From NCBI GenBank assembly GCA_021613535.1, contig CP075497.1, positions 13,206,001-13,270,000 on the forward strand: a stretch of DNA of 64,000 bases, given 5' to 3'. The stretch is from Adineta vaga. Its lineage: Eukaryota; Animalia; Rotifera. How positions within the stretch are numbered: position 1 is the stretch's first letter; every line of letters begins with the position of its first letter. Under the pieces are notes generated by a model, which was given only the letters and a program-made list of their open reading frames with translations, was not told the DNA's origin and did not search any database. This document shows, in pieces, positions 14,589-26,309 of this stretch. The position numbers and the translations under genes were made by a program.

Positions 14589-14775
14589 TTTATAATTTAT
14601 AACTATTTTCAAATAAAATTTCTCTCTATGATAAATCGTTTTCAGACGAATTTCATTCATTATAAAATATGTAAAACAGAAAGTGATGGTGACGTCTATT
14701 AAATGTAGAAGCATATGTATGGTATTTTCTTTCTTTTTCTTTTCTGCATTATTTCATACGTTTTTATAGTCAGTT

Positions 14776-15800
14776 ATGAGCGAATCACTTTCATCGTCAA
14801 CTTCCTCCGATCTTCAAGTTCCCGATGAAAAATATCTAACACTTTTAGATGGTCGTCAATTAGCATATACTGAACAAGGTGATGTAAATAGTAATAAAAT
14901 AATGATATTCTTTCATGGAGTATTTGGTGTTGGAAGTTCATCACCTGAAGAAAAACTTTATGATGACATTAGATATCATTTTATTGCTCCTACACTTCCT
15001 GGTTGGGGAAATAGTTCACCATGGCCAGAAGATCAACGAATTTTAAATTATCCGAATGATATTCATCAATTATTATTATCTTTGAAGAAAAATCAGAAGA
15101 AACAACATCTTCGAATCACTGTTGGAGGTGGAAGTTACGGAACTGCTTTTGTTCAAATATGTTTCTTTGCATCTCCTGATATAATGCCTGAAGTTACTAA
15201 TGTTGAATCATTAGTTCTTTGTTCTGGTTTTTCTCCATTTAAATATCATAGAACATATACGACAGGAATGAGTTGGTCAAATTATGTTGCAGTTGGTGGA
15301 CCAGCAATTTATTTTCCTTCTATTCGAAGATTACTGGGAACATTTCTACAGAAGAAAGCTCGTAATATAGACGAAGCAAAGAGTTTCTTACGAGTAAATA
15401 TATTTGATTTAATGGATGCTGAAGAAAAAGTAAAATTAACTTACATAAATGGGAAGAACAGAGAAACAGACCATTAGGATCGGTTCTTGAAATGATGGCA
15501 AGAAACATGTGTATAAGTATTGCAAAAACAATGGCTGGATTTAATAGCGTTGCACATGTGTTACATTCAGATTGGGGTTATGATCCAACGAAAATGCCAG
15601 CACTACCAAAACGAAAAATATTAATTATAACTACAAAAGGAGATAAGATAGCTCATATGGAAATGTCAACTTATTTAGCTGAAACTTATCCAAATGCAGA
15701 ACTTCGAACAATTGAAGGAGGTCATTTAGCATCATTTTTTGTACTTAATGATATTATGAAAGATTGGTTAACAAGTCTTGACCAAAACTTTGACGAATAA
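14776..15800 (+). pseudogene. Alpha/beta hydrolase, frameshifted near 15430
   Basis: LLDGRQLAYTEQG, FFHGVFG, GGSYG nucleophile elbow, GDKIA, GGH; C-terminal half continues in another frame (NLHKWEEQRNRPLGSVLEMMARNM). Confidence 0.75.
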
Positions 15801-16363
15801 ACCTTTTTTGTTAGATTATTACTTTGCTAAGTATAAAATTTTTCATGTTTTATCAACCCTTTGAGTCCTGATGGAATATAGATTCCCCACCTATACCGGA
15901 AAATTATATTTTTCACAGAATTTTAATCCATACATATTCTTCTGAATAGGGTCAATCAAATAATGCACTGTAGTGTATTTCATTGATTTTACAAAGTTTT
16001 TCTCAACAATCTAACGGATATCCCAGAAAGAATGGGCGTCTCGGTATTTTGGACTCTATGGTCTTTTTGAATTCTTTCTGAATTCAAAATCACAAGCCAC
16101 AAGCATTCTTTTCCACACAAACCTGGGTATACGGGTCTAAAACAAACAATTGGTTCTATTCAATGACCAACAGTCATTGTTATATATCCAGATGATGCAA
16201 CACACAATTGTTCACATCGTTTTTCACGATTCTAATCATTTCACTTGACCATGACCAGACATAAATCCAGTACTGTGTTCATTGACTCGCCTTAATTCAT
16301 CACTAGTGATGAAAAATGTGTATACCCAGTTAGATACTTTCACCTTAATCAATTTGAAAGACT

Positions 16364-16500
16364 TAGGGTATAAGGGTCTAAAGGGTCTAAGGGTGTAAGA
16401 CCCTTCTACCCTTATACCGTTTAGACCCTTATACCGTTTAGACCCTTATACCCTTACACTCTTATATCCTCACACCCTTATACTCTTACACACTTAGACC
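16364..16500. repeat. Degenerate 9-10 bp tandem repeat (AGGGTCTAA / ACCCTTATA) in inverted arrangement
   Basis: Direct reading: agggtataagggtctaaagggtctaagggtgtaa followed by repeated gacccttatacc units. Confidence 0.7.
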
Positions 16501-16729
16501 CAAAGATATGACGACTTCCGAAGTTATGAAGGACGAAAGTATGCATGTGTATATATATATATATATATATAATTATGAAGATTCGAAGACTTATGATTTC
16601 AATCGGAAATGATATCTGTTTCTTCTTTTCTTAATTCAGAAAGAATTCAAATAGACCATTGTATGTAAAAACTGGTGTATTTAGCGATTTTTACTACTAA
16701 AACTTATCCGAATTGAACTGAATAGGTGT

Positions 16730-16975
16730 TCATTCGATAGAGCTCGTCGAGATCTATCGATCTTGAAAGTTTCATCGGTTGGTCTAAGCTATAGGCGAAT
16801 CCCTACAGGTTTTACTGAGTTTTTGTTATTTTTTACCTATTTTTTACTAGTTTTTCGAGTTTTTTACTAGAAGGAAAGTCTTTTGGGAAAAGTAAATACA
16901 CCATTCGATAGAGCTCGTCGAGCTGCATGTTGGTCTAAAGTTGGTCTAACTTGGTCTAGCCTATAGGCGAATCCT
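16730..16975. repeat. Internal duplication in a probable transposon remnant
   Basis: CATTCGATAGAGCTCGTCGAG...TTGGTCTA...CTATAGGCGAATCC occurs twice; a reverse-complement relative lies at about 43200-43227. Confidence 0.6.
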
Positions 16976-17959
16976 TTTAAAAAAAATCGAATCCTAGTCT
17001 AAGATACCCTACGTTTTAAAAAATTGCGTTAGTTCACTGCCGGCATATTCGTATTCTAGAATGAAAGAAAATCCTTTCCAAATGGTAAATAATATTTTCA
17101 TGGAACTAAAGGTTTTATATCCAACGGAGAAATGGATTGAAGGTTATGAACTTTGGTATATAACAAAACACAAGGCAAAACAGATTATGGATACACAAGC
17201 TCATCTTCACGATTTAACTGATAGTTGTATTTCTATTCTATCTTTTTTTACGGAATACCTTAATGATGATGAACTAAATTGTCTGATGGATATATGCAAT
17301 ATATATTATGAAATTGCCTATGAATATGAGCAAGCTCTACAGTCTGGTCAAATTCGATATGATGACAACGATATTAATCAAAAAGATTTGGCGGGGTGGG
17401 TGTGGTTGTAGGTCTCTGAGCAGAGATGCCGACTTCCACATGCTCAAACACACCCCTCAACCACACCCACACCAACACCCCTCAAATATTATATGTCATA
17501 TAACAAAGCCTTGGAAAAATATTCAGAGTCTCATTTATTATGCGACACTCTTGAATCAAATATTCTTAATATTAATATTCTTATTTCTTCACTTTTTTTG
17601 CGTCAGTAGTCATACAATTTGTATTTTTGTATGTATTATGACTCATTTTCAATTTTTTAAGTAGAAGAGAACGATGCATGGTAAAGGGAATAGGATTATT
17701 CGATTTTTTTTCACGACGCTGAATGAATGATCGAGAAAATATTGATTTCATATTGATTATGAAAATGCATTGATTAGATTGAAAAAAAGAATGTTTATGC
17801 AATGACAACTGTTTGTTTAGTTGTTGATAACAGAAAAAGGAGAAATCACCACTGACAGATTCGTTATAAAAACGCCTGTTTCATTATCGATATTTTACTT
17901 CTAATTTTATCCAATTGAAACAAACATATTACTTATCAAATCATAAAACCACCCTCAAG

Positions 17960-18190
17960 ATGGCAAAAATAATCTGTATTTTGGCTGTTATATTAATAAT
18001 TATAGCTTTGAATATTGAACTGATTTCATCATCAGGAGGTTCTGATATGTTATTCTTCAGATCCGATTCTGCATCAATGTTTCTTGGAAATTGTAAACAA
18101 CAAAGAATATCACATAAGACAAGTGGAGTAGGTGAATTAGATTTTAGTGAAGATTACAAAGAATTGGCACGTGGTGGTACTGGTGATTAA
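17960..18190 (+). CDS. Small putative secreted peptide precursor (76 aa)
   Basis: Signal-peptide-like MAKIICILAVILIIIALNIELISS; AATAAA immediately after the stop. Confidence 0.5.
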   Translation: MAKIICILAVILIIIALNIELISSSGGSDMLFFRSDSASMFLGNCKQQRISHKTSGVGELDFSEDYKELARGGTGD

Positions 18191-18305
18191 ACAGAAATAA
18201 ATAAATAACGGTTGAATTTATTTTATTTTATTTTATCAAATTTTTCTAATATTCTATAAATGGTTTTTTTTCTTGAATAAATATTTAATCATGATCAGTA
18301 AAAAT

Positions 18306-18415
18306 CTTGAGGGTGTGGGTGTGGGTGAGTGTGGGTGGGTGTGGGTGTGGGTGAGTGTGGGTGGGTGTGGGTGTTGATATAGAAAGATAACACCCACCCA
18401 CACCCACACCCTCCA
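18306..18415. repeat. Fold-back element of telomere-like (TGTGGG)n / (CCCACA)n repeats; the largest of at least 9 copies in the window
   Basis: CTTGAGGGTGTGGGTGTGGGTGAGTGTGGG...CACCCACCCACACCCACACCCTCC; relatives at about 407-522, 3738-3789, 17393-17485, 19041-19124, 22198-22256, 23656-23742, 47219-47275, 54251-54310. Confidence 0.85.
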
Positions 18416-19535
18416 TCCTTAAAACGCATTCTTGCTATAGGATCACCTTTTTGAATGGTAATATATTCATCATCCTGGCTTACTTTGGATAAAGAAAAAA
18501 CAACGCATAAATTAACCCCTTTCCATCCCGAGATTTCCTTGCGTTCTGTACAAACACGAAAAAAATTAAAAATCTCTCTCTCTTGTCTCCAACTAGTTAT
18601 ATGTAAATCTAGTGTGATTATTATAAGAAGAACCACGTGTGGTAATTCGCTTGAACATCACATGATGTTCGTCTTCTAAGACGACGAAAGAACGAAATAA
18701 AATATTTTGCGTTCTGTATGGCATCTACGAGATGTCATGCGGAATTGAAAGGGTTAAAGATGGGTGCAGCAAGCACATAATGTACATAAGAAATGTGAAA
18801 AAGTGAAGCCGTTAAAACTAACCGTGATGCATATAACTCATTCAAGCCGACGCTATGTTGGAAAAAAGGAAAAGGATAAGCTGCATAAATAGCATATAAT
18901 ATTTCCTGCAGGCTCATATTACAAGGTATTCGTTTCGACATCGGCATCAAAAAGTTAGTACTATATTCGAGTTTTTAGCGCCTCGATTCACTCCTGTACT
19001 TGAGTAACGTCTCCAATAAGTGGAGTCGGATAGAGCTCAAAAGGGTGTGGGCGTGGGTGAGAATGTGGGTACTCCTGTCTTCTGCCATTCACAACCATGC
19101 ACACATATATACACATACCCTCAAGGGAAGGAAAAGAATGACTAATATAACAAATCGTTAGCTTCGTAGAGTGACATTTGTTGACGCTAACATATAGAAC
19201 ATGTTTCGCTCTCTAGATAACTTTTTTTCGGGTCCAGGATCTCGTTCTAGGGCACAATGTTACAGAGTATGGAATACCATTTCGGAAGAGTTTTTGTTAC
19301 TTAAAAATTAAATCTGCAATAAGTTTTCGGCTTAATTAACACTATTATGACTAAGGCTCGTATGTCGAAAAGATACAGAATAGATGAAATTAAATACACG
19401 TTGACAGTGTGCTTTGATAGCTCAGCGATCTGAGTCCTGGCTTAAGTATCACAGTGATAATTTAGTTCCATTTTTTGTTTTAGTAAGATCGAATAATTTT
19501 AGCAATCCTCATTACTACTTCACATTGATATCACG

Positions 19536-22106
19536 ATGGTTTGGGAACAAATTGATTGGTCCATCTCCGAAATAACCATCGCTTTCGGCTCTTTGCTGAT
19601 CCTAGGCTTCGTCCTCCTTCAGGTTTGTTGATTTCTGGTCTTGATCTCACATAAGTTACTCGATATTTAAAATATGAAACGCTCTCCTACATAGATGAAG
19701 CACTGGTTCAGCTTTCGCAGCACAAACAGCTGGTATCGATCGATGCCTTTCAATATTCGTGAAACCTTTTCATTCGGCGCTCTCCGCAAGGCCACCTTCT
19801 TGGGAAGGTCCTTTTCTAAGAAACATGGTCCAATTTATCGTCTCCATTCTATGTTTGAAACAGTCGTGTAAATTATGCTCGGTTGTTACTTTTCTTTCCA
19901 TAGTTCATCTTTTAATTTATTAATATAGAATTTTGGCATCGAGCGATCTTGCAGCTGAATTTTATAAGCATTCGCGAACACTACAACGGAGTCCTGAAGT
20001 TTCTTTGCTAGGCCAGGTATCGGAAACTGTCATGGGCAAGTGTATGGCGGCACTTCATGGCCAGCAATGGCAATCATGTCGGAACGCCTTCAAGACAACA
20101 TTTCTTACAAAAGCAGTACAAGATTGTTTCCAAATGATCCAGGGTGAAATAACCAAGTGGCAGGCAGAGTACGTGACGAACGGCGCCGTTCTAGATGTTC
20201 AACGAAGCAAAATCGACGAACTACCACTGAAGATCCTAGTACATGTTGTGTATGGCGATGATATCACGGAAGATGAAGTCGAGCAAGTGTTGCTGTTTGG
20301 CCGAGAACATGGGGTCATTATGGATGCATCCATGAACATCCTAGAAAACTTACCGGGGTACAAATCGCTACCTTGGAGTTTGAACGCTCGTTCAAAGAAG
20401 TTTCGTGCAGAATGGCAACGCTTCAACATGGTCAAACTGAAGAAAGCATTAAATCCGAGTGCTCAAGAACGAACCGATGTCTTTTCGATAGCGGCAAAGT
20501 ATTTTATGCAACAGGAAGATGACTTTGACTCAAAAATAGCTATGGTTTGAAGTTCTGAAAATAGATTTATTTTTTAACGAGATTTTGTATTTAGTTCTTT
20601 GATACAATCGATGAAATTTTGCTCCTAAACATCGACGTAACCTACGTTGCACTAATGAACATGCTGGTTTTTGTAGCGTCGAATGAAAGCGTTATGGCCA
20701 CACTCCGAGATGAAATCAAGAATTCGGCATCGTTCAATAGCAAGATCGAATATGACACTTTATCTAAACTGCCATATTTAGATGCTGTTTTCAAAGAATC
20801 CGTGAGACTGAGACCGCCTTTGTCGCTTAGTTTTCCAGAACGTACGACTGAACCCATGATACTGGGTGGTTATCAAATTCCAGCCGGAACGGCCGTCATG
20901 ATCGATGCTGCATCCATTAACCACGATGGTCAAGTCTGGAATCATCCGGACGATTTCGATCCGAATCGTTTTCTTGACATCCAAGAGTCTGGTATTGAAT
21001 TTCAGTACTTTAAGTATGGTCTCAATCGTAATCGTCGATGCTTGGGCTTTCGTTACGCTGAGGCCATCGTTAAACAGGTCAGTTGGGATATCTTATCTTT
21101 GGCAAAGATTGACATTGCTGACGATGAGGATCCTACGCAAGCAATGAAAAAATGGTCGAGCTGTGTCAGAGACAAGGGGCTCCCATTTTTTACGCCGTAT
21201 TCAAACTTCCCACGACTCAAAATGACCTTCGATTTTGGCGATGTGACGTCCTTAAAATTAGCGCCGGTCTTTCGTATTGACGATGGGAAATCAGCGCCTT
21301 GTTTTATTGCTGGTGAGAGAGCACTACGAGAAAAGGGCAGCGTATTGTTTGGCATGAGTTTCGGCAACAGCTACTATTCCGAAGACGTCATCAAGTCGGT
21401 CATACCGTTTCTTGGCAGCCGATTCAGTCGCATCTTCATCGATGTTCCTGATGAGTGGACTAAACACACGTACACTGCCTTGGGCTATTCCGGTAGTGAT
21501 GCTAAGAAAAAGTTGAGAAATCTGACGACTCGCTTGCGCAAACGCTGCCAGTTGGGTGTCGATATAGCCACTCAGTCTGGTATAGCACCTCGTGAGAATT
21601 TCATCTTCGTGGATTGGGGCACACATGTCGAAACTTCAAATATTTATCAAAATGCTCTGACAAAAATTAAAAAGGCGTACCAGCAAAACGAAGCATTTAG
21701 AACTGATTGTAATGCGACGACTGAAGAGGTTCTCCGGTCCCAAGGTCGAAGCCATGGTTGGGACAACAAATCATCGGCAGAGCTAGCGACGGCAATTGAA
21801 ATCGCTGTCACTTATGTTCTAATGGAATTAGCTGAAGCAGTAGCTTTTGGAGACATCGCCTCTCGTGTAACAAATGGTGGTCATGCTCCAAACACGCCGG
21901 CTGCCATGGTTTATCACCGACGATGGCTAGTTTTGGAAAAGTTTTTGAACTGCGAGTATGAAAATGAAATTTGCAAACAGCTGGTAAACAAACTTGCTCT
22001 CAATTTTGGCTTTCTCATCTTTGAAGCAAGACCAGTTAAATGTTCGAGTCATGAAGAGTTTGCTGGTGACGAAACCGAGAAGGGCACCGCAACAGTCATT
22101 AATTGA
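19536..22106 (+). CDS. Cytochrome P450 - cyclodipeptide synthase (NYH CDPS) fusion protein, about 795 aa; exons 19536-19622, 19695-19867, 19929-20544, 20595-22106
   Basis: N-terminal TM anchor; HGPIYRL; I-helix TIDEILLLNIDVT; ESVR (ExxR); FDPNRF; heme motif YGLNRNRRCLG (Cys 21039). Then, in the same exon and frame, CDPS motifs LFGMSFGNSYYS (Ser 21357, Asn 21366), YVLME (Tyr 21813, Glu 21825) and VYH (21912-21917). All three introns are GT-AG and the exon lengths sum to 2388 nt in frame. Confidence 0.9.
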
Positions 22107-22332
22107 TACTTTTCGATGGGATAACCAAGAAATGATTACATTCTTTCTTTCTTTTTTAATGAAATTAGCCTTTTCTCTTCCTTTTGATTTTTTTTTGTTG
22201 AGAGTGGTGAGGTTTAGGTATCAATTCTTTATCCACACCTACACACCTACACCCTAAAATAGATTGTGCAGGAGTCATCACTAGTTTCTATACATAATCT
22301 TTTCTAGATTTCGTTTCACCACCGTCGAAGAA

Positions 22333-23489
22333 ATGTTTGGTACAACTTTTCAAAGGAAACTTGCTCATTGCGTAGTATTAAGAGCTACGTTGTTAATACG
22401 GCGAACAAAGTCGAACCAATGTCTGCACTTTTTTCCAGGAGAAAATTCCGATCTGCGTGGTGATGGTGCCTTTCGACGAGAGCAACCACTGGGATCAACA
22501 ATGGAACTGGCTTACGCAGGAGTTCTTTCATTTCTTCGCCGAAACTACACAAGAAACTTGCAGAACGTCGATGTGGCCGTCACTGGAATTCCCTTGGATT
22601 TAGCGACCACTTATCGTCCTGGAACTCGGTTCGGACCGAAGGGAATCCGGGAAGCATCGACTCAACTGCCCGATCTCAAGTCGCATCCCGGTGGAATCGA
22701 CCTATTCGAAGATTTAGCCGTAATCGATTACGGTGACTGCTGGTTCGATGCTAGTCAACCAATGACCATTCCGAAAGCGATCGAAAATCACGCCAAGGAG
22801 ATCATCGATCAAAACGTGTTCCTTCTCTCTCTGGGTAAGAGTTGCACTTGTAACAGAAGTACAATTGCCTCTTTCTTGTTTACCTTTTAGGAGGAGATCA
22901 TTACGTGAGCTATCCATTGCTGAAAGCGCACGCCGCCAAGTATGGCAAACCATTGTCGTTGGTACAGTTCGATGCACATTGCGATACTTGGCCAAATCCA
23001 CACGAGGACAGTCTGAATCACGGCTCAATGTTTTATTACGCTGTTCGTGAAGGTTTAATCAATCCGAAGACTTCAATTCAAGTTGGTATTCGAACCTTCA
23101 ACGATGACTTCATGGGAGTGAAGGTGCTCGATGCCAGTTGGGTCCACGGACATAGCATCGATGAAACTGTACAAGAAATTCTTGGACGGATCGGCGACAA
23201 TCCAACGTATTTGACCTTCGATATCGATTGTCTCGATCCGGCCTTTGCTCCCGGAACAGGTACACCAGTCTGCGGAGGTCTCTCCACGGCTCAGGCCTTG
23301 GAAATCGTCCGTCGACTAGGATCACTGAACTTCGTCGGCATGGACATCGTCGAGGTTTCACCGCCGTTCGACCACGCCTCGATTACTAGTTTAGCTGCAG
23401 CCACCCTCGCCTATCAATTTTTACTTTTACTCAGAAACAAAAAGATTCTCAGCAAAAATTTTCCATTTGTCCCTAAGTCAGCTCAGTAA
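22333..23489 (+). CDS. speB: Agmatinase-like ureohydrolase, bacterial SpeB type (intron 22835-22890)
   Basis: GIPLD...RPGTRFGPKGIR, spliced LGGDH, FDAHCD, FDIDCLDPAFAPGTGTP, DIVEVSPPFD; exact 5' structure uncertain. Confidence 0.9.
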
Positions 23490-25062
23490 AGATCACATCC
23501 ACTTACCCGCGAACTCTCGCCCAAACTAAACAATGTGATTAGAGAAATTAATGAGAATTTATTTCACAATTTAATTAAATGACATGATTAATTTAAAAAG
23601 TTATTTTTTAGCAAATATATTCGCAAATACACCACTCATTTCAATGTTTTCCATCTTGAGGGTGGGTGTGGGTGTAAGTCAGTATCTCTATCGATATTCA
23701 TCCTTACATTCATTCTCAACGTCAGGCTCACCTACACCCACCTTTTTATTTTTCAATAAAACTTTAGTACAAATAGTCTTTATTATTCTGAAAAGAAAAT
23801 TTCATTTCAATTCCAACACGTCATTTTTAATTACAAACATCAATAGAATATAAAATCATTTGTTCTTATATTTTATTCATATCAAACACAATATCATGTC
23901 TTCTCGGAAAAATTATTTATGCAATTTAAATCTCTTTGCACCAACGTTTAATAATAATGAACAAGAAACTGTTGAACAACGTTGATGGAATATTATTGGA
24001 ACACGAATTTTTATTGTATTTCTTATATTAATTCTCTTTGCTACTATGGTCTTACTTTATCTCTAATGAATCAAACAATAAAAATCATCATAGATCATCT
24101 TCCAACAGACGCTAAATGTGTATGTTCTCAAATTTCGATACCTTATAGAAAATTTACATCGATTTACGTCAATTTTCATTCGATAGACTTTTGAACTTAT
24201 GGTGTATGTGCTCAATTTCGATCACTTGTTGTATTTTGTCGATTATCTACAAGAGGATGGTCTAATATGTAACTGTCGATTTCAAATTTGTATAATAAGA
24301 CTTCACATATATAGTCGATAAATTTGAAGAAATTGTTAAAAAAAAATTTTGTTTTATTCTATGTGATGATGTAACATTTGATAACATACATTAATAAAAT
24401 GGTGTTACATTTCTTTCTATCAAGTCTTCTTTTCATATTTTATTCACTTCGTTAATTATATAACTCGCATGAAATAGAACAGAACATATCGAAACGTGAT
24501 AGAATGAAACAGAAAGAGAAAGAGAAAGAGAAAAGATATATTCTATTATAACAAAATAAATATACATTTACATTATATGATTGTATTCAAATTTGAGCTA
24601 TAATCATATCGCATTAGGGTAATGAACAGATTGAGGATCTATAAGTGAGAATATAAATTAGAGATCAGTCATTCGAATAAAAATTATCTAAGATATAGTT
24701 TATTTTTAAGTTATAAAAAATTTAAATAGAAATAAGTCTAGATAGATATCTCTACATTAATCGTCTTTCTTCTATTTCTTTTTTGTAAATTCAAATAGAT
24801 TTGATACTGAATAGTTTGTTTCTAAATTTCGATTGAGATGAAATTGTTTGTTACAAAGTATGTAGATGATTAAGGTCATTATAAGTAAAAGCACGTGTTC
24901 TTTTCATATTAAACATGAGAGAAAGATAAAAGCACAAAATAAGTATTTATGAAACAATAGAACGGGTAAATTTTGTATATATACTCTCAACTGATAAGGG
25001 GAGAAAAGTTCATATTGTTATAATTAACATTTTTATTCTTTAGAAATATAGATACTTTAATT

Positions 25063-25928
25063 ATGGATGATAAAACATTGCATACTCAAGATTATTTAAC
25101 TGAATTCGGTACAAATGATTATCTCGGTGCATATACACGCTTTAAAACTATTCCATGGTTTATGGAACATATTAAAGGATTGGTACGTGTTTTTGTTAAG
25201 AACAGTTCTCATCTTGGTCATGAACGAGCTCTTGAATTTGGTGGTGGACCAACACTTGTCTCATCTTTTGTAATTGCACAATATGTTCAATCAATTACAT
25301 TTTCTGAATATGTACCAAACAATTTGAAGGCAATAAATGATTGGGTCAATCAAGTCGAGGATGCTTTTGACTGGACAGATGTATTTAACTTTATCATCGA
25401 ACAATATCATCAACAGGTTAGTTAGTTGTCTGTATCATTCTTTGCTGCGTGATTTTAATAGTCTATATTATTTAGACAGGTATCACGCTCTCATTATCAG
25501 AATGTGAACAACGTTTACGTACAGATCTTCAACGAGGCGGTGTGCTACAAATCGGTGATGTGAATAAACAATCTGGTTGTGCTGTACTCGATAATCCAGC
25601 TAATTATAACCAATTTGATATTATTCTTAGCTCATTCTGTCTCGAAGATGCTTGTCTTACAAAAGAAACATACGAAAAGACTGTCGAACGACTGTGTACT
25701 CTGCTAAAACCGGGTGGTTTTCTTGTTTTAGCACATGGACGAAATCAAACATTTTATTATGTCGCCGACAAACGATTTTTCGCTCAATATATGAATGAAC
25801 AATCTGCACGTGAGACACTGGAAAGAATGAAATTAATCAATATTCAAAGTTCAGCTGTCGATCGAACACCTAATATGTATAGTGATTCAGATGGTTATTT
25901 TATTGTATGTGGATATAAAATGAAATAA
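25063..25928 (+). CDS. NNMT/PNMT/INMT-family SAM-dependent methyltransferase (intron 25417-25475)
   Basis: LEFGGGPT, ITFSEYVPNN, AFDWT, FDIILSSFCLE, LLKPGGFLV, FYYV motifs. Confidence 0.85.
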
Positions 25929-26309
25929 TAGGTGACGATAATATATGAATTGATTTCAATATCTACATTCTCATTTTCAAATAAAATAAGAAGAATTACA
26001 AATGACATTTATATTAATCATATCTCACATAAATTAATAAAGAATTTTCAAATAATATTTATTTATTCTATCGATATGTTTGTATTCTGTTATTATAATA
26101 GGAAAATATTAATTAAAGAAATACATAATAGTGATTAGTATTATTATTCTAACAAATAAAATTAGAAGATGAATCATTTTATTTCAAAATGATATTAAAA
26201 ACATTATCGAAAATATATTTAAATAATAAATGAGAATAGTTTTTCTTTCTCCTTTAATTATTAATTTATACTATAATATTAGAACAACAATTGATAGTCA
26301 TTTATGAGC

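Noticed and set aside
17061-17411. 116 aa ORF
   Set aside because: No recognisable motif; sits between TE-like repeats and ends in a fold-back element, so probably a fragment
18311-18373. True chromosome end
   Set aside because: The tract is short, degenerate, internal and paired with an inverted copy
18295-18636. His/Pro/Thr-rich ORFs (also 439-651, 17308-17664) and repeat ORFs at 42828-43040 and 28651-28833
   Set aside because: Translations of repeat sequence
20199-21626. Antisense and alternate-frame ORFs over the P450-CDPS gene
   Set aside because: Shadows of a GC-richer coding region with no motifs
19536-23489. Bacterial or fungal contaminant contig
   Set aside because: Both genes have short AT-rich spliceosomal introns and are flanked by the same TGTGGG elements found across the window; a chimeric assembly is not formally excluded without reads
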